Source of the DNA: a virus
Length of the DNA stretch: 64,000 nt
Virus record (IMG/VR): IMGVR_UViG_3300001472_000003
Coordinates: 32,001 to 96,000 of that record
Direction: 5' to 3' (one strand)
The notes under the pieces are model-generated. The model had not been told where the DNA came from, did not search any database, and saw only the letters and a program-made list of their open reading frames with translations. Positions 47,253-55,856 of this stretch are shown here, piece by piece (position 1 is the stretch's first letter; every line of letters starts with the position of its first letter). The position numbers and the translations under genes were made by a program.

Positions 47253-47518
47253 TTTGATTCCTTAAGCTTAATTAATCTTTCTTTTTCTCTTTGACAATAC
47301 CATGCTGCTTTGTCTAGATCTTCTATTTCTTTATCAATTAAATCATATCCAATTTCTTCTTTACGTCCAGATCTTAACAAATACTTAATTGCATTACCTT
47401 TAGAAAAATTTAAATTAAAATACTCAATAATATCTATTACCTCATATCCAGCAATAGACTTATAATGATTAGGATTAATTTTGTTATCTACCATTTTTAA
47501 CAAGCTCCTTAAATACAT
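47249..47518 (-). CDS. DUF3310 family protein
   Basis: INPNHY, GNAIKYLLR.G.K, EDLDKAAWY. Confidence 0.85.
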   Translation of the reverse strand: MYLRSLLKMVDNKINPNHYKSIAGYEVIDIIEYFNLNFSKGNAIKYLLRSGRKEEIGYDLIDKEIEDLDKAAWYCQREKERLIKLKESK

Positions 47519-48293
47519 CTACATTATACATTATACTATCAATATTGATTTTAGTCAACGGCAAATCAGCAAAATTATCAAATTTAATTTTAGGTTTTTC
47601 AAATACTCCTGCTGATGTATATCTATTACCCTCAATGGCTGCAGCTATAGGATTAGATGTATCAACAGAATATATCCAATTGTACTTATGATAAAATTTA
47701 AATTCTAATGCAGCCCATGTTCCTAGAAGGTGATGTAATGTATCTTTATTAATATGTCTCTCTAATTTATCTATAAGTTTTACTCTTTCTAGTGCATGTT
47801 CTACAGGTGTTAAATTATTTTCAAATGCCCAATTAAAGCAAAATGGAATACCTATCATAGGCAAATGAGGAAATTCATTATCATATGCTTTATAACATTC
47901 TATAAATTCATCAGGCGTATTTCCTTGAATAACAGCCATAGCTTTTGATTCAAGATGCGGATACATCTCCAGAAATTCTCTTGTTCTTTTTAAAGTGGTT
48001 TGCATATCTCCAAGCACATCAGGCAATACAAATATCTGAGGATTAATTATATTTACATATTTTACAATAAGATCATTTGATAATGCTTTACCTAATTCAA
48101 AACAAGAGTTGTCTAATATTGTAAATTGTTTATTCAATACATATTGATCTACAATATCTCTATATCTTTCATCATTTATATAACGATGTAATAATATAAA
48201 GTTGTAATCATTTATTTTATAGTCACCTACTAACTCAGCTTCGGCTAGTGAGTGTGGTATCTCGTGGGATATTATTGGTGTATTCATAATCAC
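47484..48293 (-). CDS. TGT/DpdA-like guanine transglycosylase, intact motifs
   Basis: ILDNS.FE, LPDV, AVIQG, HLLG, SVDTS; lies within the que cluster. Confidence 0.65.
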   Translation of the reverse strand: MIMNTPIISHEIPHSLAEAELVGDYKINDYNFILLHRYINDERYRDIVDQYVLNKQFTILDNSCFELGKALSNDLIVKYVNIINPQIFVLPDVLGDMQTTLKRTREFLEMYPHLESKAMAVIQGNTPDEFIECYKAYDNEFPHLPMIGIPFCFNWAFENNLTPVEHALERVKLIDKLERHINKDTLHHLLGTWAALEFKFYHKYNWIYSVDTSNPIAAAIEGNRYTSAGVFEKPKIKFDNFADLPLTKINIDSIMYNVDVFKELVKNGR

Positions 48294-48735
48294 TTATTCC
48301 ATAATGTTTAATATTTTTAAAAAATACTTCTTTATCTTTATATAGCTGAGGTTTTTGAATTATACGCTCCGCTATTCTATCAATAGCTATTTTATAGTCT
48401 CTGGGTGTTGGTATATATTCACACCAAAGTTCCTTTGTATATGCGCAGTATATGCGGTTTAAATGATGTTTAAACCGCTCTACGTTAGTATTTATATCTC
48501 TTGAAATCATATTTTCATATAACAATTTATACCTATCATATACATATTTTCCTTTATTATAAAAGAATTTACAATGACCACCATTCAATGTATATCTATC
48601 AGGTATATCATCCATCGCCACATTATTATCAATTCTGCGTTGAATAAGATGTAAAAACTGTGTCAGCTCTTTATACTCCGCTACTAAATGTACTCTAGTT
48701 AGATGTCCAGGTTCTATTAAATTTAACCTAGTCAT
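48235..48735 (-). CDS. denV: Pyrimidine-dimer DNA glycosylase (endonuclease V)
   Basis: MTRLNL, HLVAEYKEL, YTLNGGH.KFFY.K. Confidence 0.9.
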   Translation of the reverse strand: MTRLNLIEPGHLTRVHLVAEYKELTQFLHLIQRRIDNNVAMDDIPDRYTLNGGHCKFFYNKGKYVYDRYKLLYENMISRDINTNVERFKHHLNRIYCAYTKELWCEYIPTPRDYKIAIDRIAERIIQKPQLYKDKEVFFKNIKHYGISDYEYTNNIPRDTTLTSRS

Positions 48736-49139
48736 TTTATTTTTAAAGCTTGTCTTAATTTATCCATAAAATCTATATGTGCTTTAGGTGTTGTCTTATA
48801 TTGAAATCCATATTTTCTTTTAGAAAGATCTTTATAAACCTTCATTAAATCGTCATGATTAACTTTTGTTAAATCATTATCAACATCTTGTGTTGCGCCA
48901 TATTTATTTTTATTCATTTCAATACCAGTTACTGCATCAACAAATTTTTGTCTTTTATCATCTTTATATGCAACTCCAGTCATTTTTAACCAATTATGTA
49001 CTCTACCATAATTATGAATATTTTTATTCTTATTTAAATAATTTATTACATATTTAATTTTAGCATCAATGTCCTTTATTGACCTTACATGTGTTCTTAC
49101 GATTTGCCATCTTATATTAAATTTATTTGCAGTAGCCAT
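48732..49139 (-). CDS. Hypothetical protein (WQIVR family, copy A)
   Basis: WQIVR...YLNK.K...RV.NWL. Confidence 0.55.
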   Translation of the reverse strand: MATANKFNIRWQIVRTHVRSIKDIDAKIKYVINYLNKNKNIHNYGRVHNWLKMTGVAYKDDKRQKFVDAVTGIEMNKNKYGATQDVDNDLTKVNHDDLMKVYKDLSKRKYGFQYKTTPKAHIDFMDKLRQALKIK

Positions 49140-49148
49140 TTAATTCTC

Positions 49149-49682
49149 CTACCATACACTTAAATTAGTTTTTGCAAATGATGGCAAATTATTAATTTTT
49201 AGTATATCACCATATGTATCAGAAATCAACATATTTTTATTTTCGGTTATCCAATTTTGCATCATTTTTTTATTATACATAACATACAAATCACCTTTAG
49301 GACCTACATGAAAAATGTGTGTGTTTATTTTTCTTAAATCCCAAAAATTATCTTTTATAGTAATGTACCAATACTTTTGATATTTATTATAATAAAGACC
49401 AGAACGGCCACCTTTTACATCGACAGTCCATGTGCGCTTACCCATTATAGTTAAATCAATACCAATTAATTGTTGTACAACATCTTCTGAGTGATCTATA
49501 ATTTTATTAACACCGTCAACATTTTTATATATTAATTTAATCGCAGCTTCTTCACCACGAGTACCCACAGAGCCATAAGTTCCATGCTTATCAGTAATAC
49601 TTTGTTTAAATGTTGGCCATAATTTTTTCACTAGTGTAGCATCATATGCTACTTTATATATACTTAAATCCATACTATTCAC
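49149..49682 (-). CDS. Putative PD-(D/E)XK nuclease
   Basis: G..GEEAA, GIDL, TVDVK. Confidence 0.55.
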   Translation of the reverse strand: MNSMDLSIYKVAYDATLVKKLWPTFKQSITDKHGTYGSVGTRGEEAAIKLIYKNVDGVNKIIDHSEDVVQQLIGIDLTIMGKRTWTVDVKGGRSGLYYNKYQKYWYITIKDNFWDLRKINTHIFHVGPKGDLYVMYNKKMMQNWITENKNMLISDTYGDILKINNLPSFAKTNLSVW

Positions 49683-50124
49683 TTATATTATTATCAATTA
49701 ACCACTTTACGTTTGAATCCCAATCGTCTTTAAACTTATTATATTTCTCTAGCTCTATAAGTCTTTTCTTTTGTCTATAATTGTGTGATCCTGGTTTGGA
49801 TTTCATACTCCAAAACGATTTACGATCTGGTCTTGGAAGATTAGCATCAGGATCTAACTTGCGTCCATATAATTTTGCTATAGTCTCCGGTGAGTGAAAT
49901 CTTCCTTCTATAGACCAAGGTTCATGTTTAGGATCTTTCTTTACTCTAATATCATGATTCATTACAAATTTTGTATCACCATTATCAGATTGCAATCCTA
50001 TACTATATCTATTAATTCCTTTTCTAGATGTTGTTGTCACTGTCCATAATTTGCCCGTAGGATCTTTTAATTTTATATCTTTTAAAACTTGTCCTGCATC
50101 ATTCTTCAAAGGAACATAAACCAT
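49675..50124 (-). CDS. Hypothetical protein
   Basis: Translationally coupled ORF. Confidence 0.5.
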   Translation of the reverse strand: MVYVPLKNDAGQVLKDIKLKDPTGKLWTVTTTSRKGINRYSIGLQSDNGDTKFVMNHDIRVKKDPKHEPWSIEGRFHSPETIAKLYGRKLDPDANLPRPDRKSFWSMKSKPGSHNYRQKKRLIELEKYNKFKDDWDSNVKWLIDNNISE

Positions 50125-50324
50125 TATTTACCTGCTTTTCTTCTTCCTGCTGCTGCTTTAGCATCAAATTTAGCTTTACCCATTCTCTTACGACCTGCTG
50201 CAGCTGCTATAGCGCCAGCATCCTTATAACTTACACCTGAGCTTTTAGCTATCTTTTTTACAAAGACAGATTTACCAGATGCATCCTTAGGACCTTCATC
50301 TATATACTCTTTATACGATTTCAT
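50124..50324 (-). CDS. Small basic protein, candidate internal head protein
   Basis: MKSYKEYIDE start; K/R/A-rich with repeated AAAGR. Confidence 0.55.
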   Translation of the reverse strand: MKSYKEYIDEGPKDASGKSVFVKKIAKSSGVSYKDAGAIAAAAGRKRMGKAKFDAKAAAGRRKAGK

Positions 50325-50662
50325 TAGATACTCCCTATTTTATATCTTGGATCATTGTAATCAATATCCTCATCTAACATTTTTCTCCAAACAATACGAA
50401 CATCCTTCCTTAAAGAATCCGTCTCTGCTTGACCTTTAGTATGACCAACTCTATGCACAGACCCAGTTAATACATTTACTAGTCTTCTAATAGCTATTGG
50501 ACTATCTTTATATTTATTAAAATATTTTCTTAATGTATTAACATTCTCTATATGGTTATTTTTCCAATTACCAATAAGCGATTTTCTGACTATCTGCCAT
50601 TCTGGATCATCGACAACTTTTTTAATATTCATAGCCTTAATAATTTTTGCATCTTCAATCAT
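50324..50662 (-). CDS. Hypothetical protein (WQIVR family, copy B)
   Basis: WQIVR...YFNK.K...RL.NVL. Confidence 0.55.
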   Translation of the reverse strand: MIEDAKIIKAMNIKKVVDDPEWQIVRKSLIGNWKNNHIENVNTLRKYFNKYKDSPIAIRRLVNVLTGSVHRVGHTKGQAETDSLRKDVRIVWRKMLDEDIDYNDPRYKIGSI

Positions 50663-50671
50663 AATAACCCC

Positions 50672-50914
50672 TTATATATATCTATCAGCTAGTTCCAACA
50701 TTTCTTCGTTTACTGCTTCATGCATAGCCATAGGATTATTATTCATTAATTCTGAGAGCTGATCATCATTTAAAGCTTTATTATTAAATTTAAAACGAGC
50801 CGCACTGATATAGGCATCACAAAAATCTGGATAATCTTTCATATCAATATTTTCTATTTCAACATTATCAACTTCTATTCCATTTAATTCAAATTTATAC
50901 ATCATATACCTCAT
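50672..50914 (-). CDS. Conserved small acidic phage protein
   Basis: DYPDFCDAYISAA. Confidence 0.6.
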   Translation of the reverse strand: MRYMMYKFELNGIEVDNVEIENIDMKDYPDFCDAYISAARFKFNNKALNDDQLSELMNNNPMAMHEAVNEEMLELADRYI

Positions 50915-50956
50915 TAATTAATTTATTATAATAATATTATATTACAGATTACTATA

Positions 50957-51475
50957 TTAAGCAACCTGTAATTGCATTACATTATCAAATTCTTTTATAT
51001 AAGAAGAAGGTAGATTAAAATGATATGTAGCGTAACTACCACCATATGGAAGATTGTGGTCATCAAATTCTTCGACCATCCATCTTAATGCTGTCTCTCG
51101 ATCGCCAGCACCTGCAGATATAATGTTTTGAACATTGCGCTCAAAGTCATCAACATTGCGTTGAGTCTGTTTAGTCTCTTCTTCGAATTGTTGTTGAGCT
51201 AGAGAACTAAACTCTTTTATTTCTTTAGCTATATCCGCAGCTGGCATATCCCAGATACCCATACCACGAGCAAAGCTTTTGCTGTATACATGAGCTACAG
51301 TCTCATACAACATATTTCTATCATCATCTAATTTAAGATCTTCAGCGGTGTATATACCTTTATCGGCCCAATAAGAAAGATCTTCTGAATACATTCCTGT
51401 CCAACGACTTGGACCCGCATTAACCCATTCTTGCTTTTTCTTATTTTCGCTTTTGATATAATCTAATAATGTCAT
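50957..51475 (-). CDS. Hypothetical early protein
   Basis: GAGDRETALRW; follows early promoter. Confidence 0.6.
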   Translation of the reverse strand: MTLLDYIKSENKKKQEWVNAGPSRWTGMYSEDLSYWADKGIYTAEDLKLDDDRNMLYETVAHVYSKSFARGMGIWDMPAADIAKEIKEFSSLAQQQFEEETKQTQRNVDDFERNVQNIISAGAGDRETALRWMVEEFDDHNLPYGGSYATYHFNLPSSYIKEFDNVMQLQVA

Positions 51476-51506
51476 AATGTATTTCCCTTTATCTTTATTA
51501 TAATTA

Positions 51507-51535
51507 ATAATACTATATTAAAAGATAAATGTCAA
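51507..51535 (-). promoter_or_regulatory. Sigma70-type early promoter
   Basis: TTGACA-N17-TATTAT with A-rich UP element. Confidence 0.75.
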
Positions 51536-51568
51536 CACTTTTTTTATGAAAAAAACACTTTTTTTTAT

Positions 51569-52234
51569 TTAATTGATAATATTTGTAACTTCTTTGCGAA
51601 GACCGCTACTAGGTTCACCAAATGCACCTAAACAACAAGCAGTTACTGTTGTGCTATTTGTATCTTTAATACCTCTTTGTGAAACACATGTATGTCCTGC
51701 ATCAACAACAACCATTACATCCTGTGACTCTGTAATAAAGGCTATAGCTTGTGCTATCTGTTGTGTCAATCTTTCTTGTACTTGTGGTCTTTGAGCAAAG
51801 TATTGTGTGATACGATTAAGTTTAGATAAACCTAATACTTTTTTCTTAGGAATATAAGCTATATGTGCTTTACCTATTATAGGTCTAAGATGATGCTCAC
51901 AATCAGAATAAAGAGTAATATTTTTTTCTAATACAAATTCTTCTCCAATAGAAAACTTATTTTCAACCGTAGTACATTTAGGAAATGTATCATTTCTTAA
52001 TCCACTGAAGATTTCGTCAACATACATTTTAGCTACTCTTAATGGTGTCTCTTCTAATGAATCATCAGAAAGATCAAGCCCAAGTACTTCTAACATTTCT
52101 TTTGTTAATTTTGTTATTTTGTTTATTTTTTCTTCTCTATTAGCTGCTACTTTAGATGTAACAGGAGTATTAATGCCCATTGAAGTTAAATGATCATTGA
52201 CAGCAATACCCAATTCTAAATTATTTTTTGACAT
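51569..52234 (-). CDS. folE: GTP cyclohydrolase I
   Basis: ETP.RVAKM, CEHH, GLSKL.R, RPQVQERLT, H.C...RG. Confidence 0.96.
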   Translation of the reverse strand: MSKNNLELGIAVNDHLTSMGINTPVTSKVAANREEKINKITKLTKEMLEVLGLDLSDDSLEETPLRVAKMYVDEIFSGLRNDTFPKCTTVENKFSIGEEFVLEKNITLYSDCEHHLRPIIGKAHIAYIPKKKVLGLSKLNRITQYFAQRPQVQERLTQQIAQAIAFITESQDVMVVVDAGHTCVSQRGIKDTNSTTVTACCLGAFGEPSSGLRKEVTNIIN

Positions 52235-52254
52235 ATATTAATTCCTCTTTTACA

Positions 52255-52707
52255 CTATTTATCTTTTTTAACTATAGCACTATTAGCCCCATGCTCGGCA
52301 CATTCAACACTTTCAACCCAACATCTTCCATCAGTTAAATCTCTAATTAAGTCATCAGCATAATTAAAAGCATGCTCTGCAAATTTTTCAACTCCAACTC
52401 CATCAAATATTACAATCTCGCACAATCCATTATTTTCTAATTCATAAAAATGTTTAATCTGTGGATCCTTTCTATCTAATACCATTTTATGATCAAAATT
52501 ATCTTGTAGCCATTCTTTTAAAGGTTTTAATCCTCCAAAGTCCGCTACCCAATTTTTATTATCTAGACTACTACATCCAAATGTAAATGTAAATGCCAAA
52601 GCATAACCATGTAGGAAAGAACAATGTGAGTGTGATGCATTAGGTTGTCTAAATACAACGCTCAAGCCAGTCTCATGACCATATTTTTTAGTTGATAAGT
52701 AAATCAA
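52255..52707 (-). CDS. queD: 6-carboxytetrahydropterin synthase
   Basis: HC..LHGY, DFGGLK, FDH, EHGANSA. Confidence 0.92.
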   Translation of the reverse strand: MIYLSTKKYGHETGLSVVFRQPNASHSHCSFLHGYALAFTFTFGCSSLDNKNWVADFGGLKPLKEWLQDNFDHKMVLDRKDPQIKHFYELENNGLCEIVIFDGVGVEKFAEHAFNYADDLIRDLTDGRCWVESVECAEHGANSAIVKKDK

Positions 52708-52708
52708 A

Positions 52709-53605
52709 TTAAACTCCTATTAAATTGCCAAATAGATATGTATGCACTCTTGCAGCAACATTATATCCTCTTTTAAATGCCTCGTGGGCTACGTCAGCAT
52801 CCAATATCTTTTGTCCTTCTACTGTAGCACCCACTGGCATAACCCAAACTGGATATAATACACCAAGTGCTCTGCAGTTATCTATAACATCTTCCATCTC
52901 TCGCCACGATTCTTTACTTCCATTAATAACAAATTTTATTTGTCCTTCATTAGACAATTTATAATATTGTGATATAATATCTGGTCTAATTGATTTCTCA
53001 GCTTTTTCACCGGATACAGAAAATAATTTAGGCGATATAGAAAAGAATACTTCATTAAGCCTATCTCTTTGCCATGTTTGGAAAAAATCCATAAAATCAT
53101 TACTTAATAATTGTGTGCCATTTGTCTCATATGTTACTGATAAAGGTTCATCTTTTTGTTCTATAAATTCTTGTAATAGTTCTACTGATGCTAATTGTGC
53201 ATGCTTCATAAGAGGTTCACCACCAGTAAAACACATATGTTGATTAGTATATCCAAAATTAAATAGTCCTTTAGGATTTTTATTACTAATCATACTTTCT
53301 CTTATTTTTGTAGCAATTTGTTCAATTGTTCCTTTACGCTGCAAATCCTTAAATTTTTTAGCCCAAGAATAAGATGAATCACACCCATATTCAAATACTG
53401 GCAAATCTTCCATATGATCATAATCTTCTACATTAATCTCTGTATATGGAAGTTTATATGATTTAGGATCTGTAGGGTCATCTTGCCCGAAACCATTACA
53501 TTGTAAATTGCATAAGAAGAATCTTAGCCACGATGTAGGAACTCCAGTATATTGTCCCTCTCCTTGAATAGAATGAAATATTTCTGAATACAAATATTCT
53601 TTCAT
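52709..53605 (-). CDS. queE: 7-carboxy-7-deazaguanine synthase (radical SAM)
   Basis: SEIFHSIQGEG, CNLQC...CDS, FTGGEP, ETNGT, SISPK. Confidence 0.93.
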   Translation of the reverse strand: MKEYLYSEIFHSIQGEGQYTGVPTSWLRFFLCNLQCNGFGQDDPTDPKSYKLPYTEINVEDYDHMEDLPVFEYGCDSSYSWAKKFKDLQRKGTIEQIATKIRESMISNKNPKGLFNFGYTNQHMCFTGGEPLMKHAQLASVELLQEFIEQKDEPLSVTYETNGTQLLSNDFMDFFQTWQRDRLNEVFFSISPKLFSVSGEKAEKSIRPDIISQYYKLSNEGQIKFVINGSKESWREMEDVIDNCRALGVLYPVWVMPVGATVEGQKILDADVAHEAFKRGYNVAARVHTYLFGNLIGV

Positions 53606-54144
53606 TATGTCATCTCCTTCATTGAATTTATTTGATTTTCCCTAATAATATCTATTATACTATAATTTTTATTTTTAGTCCACCTTTTTATTGCGGCTTC
53701 TTTATGGAATCTATTAGCTCTTTTAAAAAAAGTTATACCTTCAATAAGATCATGTTGTTGCTGAAATACTCTAGCACTCATACCTGTAAATTTTTCTACA
53801 TTAAAATTACCTGCAGGATCTTGAAATCTGACACGTATGTGTTTTGGTCTTTTAATTTTCATTATTATACCTGGATGGGATAAACATGTCTCATCCAACA
53901 CAATTAATTCATCTGATGATGATGTGATGATAGGATTAAAACATACAAATTTAGGATCTGTATTAAGAACAAATACTTTATATGGCAATCCTATTTGATT
54001 AGCAGATACACCATTACCTTCAAAATGTATAAGATTTTTAACTAACATATTGGCTAATTCTTTTGGATCTATTTGAGGCTCTTTAAAATTAAAAATATTA
54101 GTAGGATGACTTAGTAATTCATTATATTTAGCTAATTTTATCAT
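53605..54144 (-). CDS. def: Peptide deformylase homolog with degenerate metal-binding motif
   Basis: GNGVSANQIG, ETCLS, ARVFQQQHDLIEG in place of QHExDHLxG. Confidence 0.8.
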   Translation of the reverse strand: MIKLAKYNELLSHPTNIFNFKEPQIDPKELANMLVKNLIHFEGNGVSANQIGLPYKVFVLNTDPKFVCFNPIITSSSDELIVLDETCLSHPGIIMKIKRPKHIRVRFQDPAGNFNVEKFTGMSARVFQQQHDLIEGITFFKRANRFHKEAAIKRWTKNKNYSIIDIIRENQINSMKEMT

Positions 54145-55856
54145 GCCGCAATCCTCGAGAAATTTTTAATTTTTTCAAATTTAATAACATTATGAAATTT
54201 ATCAAATAATGCATCACCTTTATGGCTTATAATAAATAGGTTTGTATCAGCAGTTAAATCATTTATTATTTTAAGAAATTCTTCAGTGCCACTATTGTCT
54301 AAAGATGAATCGAACACTTCATCCATCAATAATAAATTGGTACTTATACTATTTTTTATCTTAGCAATAGCTCTCCATGTAAATAATAATGCTAGGTCTA
54401 TCCTCATCTTTTCACCTTCTGAAAACGAATCATAAGAAAAATCATCTCTATATCTAGATCGAATTTTTTCATTAAAATTTTCATCGAGCTCAAATTTAAC
54501 AAAGAAATCCATTGCTGCTAAATACTTGTTAACAAGTTTATTAATAATAGGAACATATTGTTTAATAATTCTAGACTTAATGCCAGAGTCTCTTAATATT
54601 TTAGATGCAGAATCAAGTAATATTTTTTTATCTATAAGATTATTTTTTTCTGTTCTTAAAAGTCCTAATTCTTTTTTTAATTCTTTAAGTGTTTTTTCCG
54701 CTGTATTATCTTCTTTAAGTTTACTTTTAATTGTATTATTGTCATTTTGAAATTCTTCGATTAGTCTATTACACGCATTTATAGTAGATTGTATATTACT
54801 ATACTCTCGTTGTTTATTATCTACTTGTTTAATAACATCTAACATTTCATTCATTGTTTTGTTAGTATTATTGGTTTCATCTTTTAATAGAGTTAAACCA
54901 TTCTTTGATTCATCTAATTTTTCTTGTTTAGATAATACATGAGAGCATTTAAATTCTTCATCTATATCTTGGTGACAAGTTGGACAATTTTCATGATTAT
55001 CAAAGAACGAAATTTCTTTTTCTAAATTGATAATATTTTGTTCTATTTTTGTTTCTATTTTTGTTAGTTGATTTATTTTTGCTTCAATTTTAGTTTTATC
55101 TTTTATTTGTTCTTGTAATATATCGATAGATTCCATAATATTTTTTTGTTCTATATTATATAAAGATATATTATTAGTATTCTCTTTAATCTTAATATTA
55201 TTAGATTCAAGACGTTCATTATTATTATCCGATAATGATTTGATATGATTCTCTTGCAATGCAATTTTATCTTCAGATGAATTTATTTTATAATCATTCT
55301 CTAATGTGTCATCACGATGTTGTTGGCTTTTTGATTTTAATAAAATATTCATAGTAGAAAATACTTGCAAGTCTAAAAGGTCTTCTATTACCTCTCTTCT
55401 ATTAGAAGATGATAGTTGCATAAATGGTGTAAATGATGCACTACCTAATACTACAATTTGTGAAAAAGATTTATGATTTAATTTTAATATTTGATTGGTT
55501 AATAAATCTTGATAGTCTCTAATAGCTGCATCTTGATTTATCATTTTACCATTTTGATATACTTCAAATATTGTAGGTTTAATTCCTCTTTTAATTATAT
55601 AATTATGTTTACCTACTGCAAATTCAACCACTACTAAAGCATCCCGCCCATTTATAGTATTAACTAATTGTGCTTTGGTTATTTTTCTAAAAGCTCTACC
55701 ATATAATGCTAAAGACAGAGCATCTAATAATGTAGACTTTCCTGCGCCATTCTCACCTACTATTAGTGTAGATTTAGATTTAATCAAATTAACTTCAGTC
55801 CACGTATCCCCAGTAGATAAGAAATTTTTCCATTTTATATATTTAAATTTTATCAT
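54141..55856 (-). CDS. 46: Recombination nuclease ATPase subunit (gp46, SbcC/Rad50-like)
   Basis: GENGAGKS, CPTC hook, FSEGEK, DEVFD, ISH. Confidence 0.96.
   Translation of the reverse strand: MIKFKYIKWKNFLSTGDTWTEVNLIKSKSTLIVGENGAGKSTLLDALSLALYGRAFRKITKAQLVNTINGRDALVVVEFAVGKHNYIIKRGIKPTIFEVYQNGKMINQDAAIRDYQDLLTNQILKLNHKSFSQIVVLGSASFTPFMQLSSSNRREVIEDLLDLQVFSTMNILLKSKSQQHRDDTLENDYKINSSEDKIALQENHIKSLSDNNNERLESNNIKIKENTNNISLYNIEQKNIMESIDILQEQIKDKTKIEAKINQLTKIETKIEQNIINLEKEISFFDNHENCPTCHQDIDEEFKCSHVLSKQEKLDESKNGLTLLKDETNNTNKTMNEMLDVIKQVDNKQREYSNIQSTINACNRLIEEFQNDNNTIKSKLKEDNTAEKTLKELKKELGLLRTEKNNLIDKKILLDSASKILRDSGIKSRIIKQYVPIINKLVNKYLAAMDFFVKFELDENFNEKIRSRYRDDFSYDSFSEGEKMRIDLALLFTWRAIAKIKNSISTNLLLMDEVFDSSLDNSGTEEFLKIINDLTADTNLFIISHKGDALFDKFHNVIKFEKIKNFSRIAA

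Noticed and set aside
46497-53620. preQ1 riboswitch upstream of que genes
   Set aside because: The genes abut or overlap, leaving no leader with the motif
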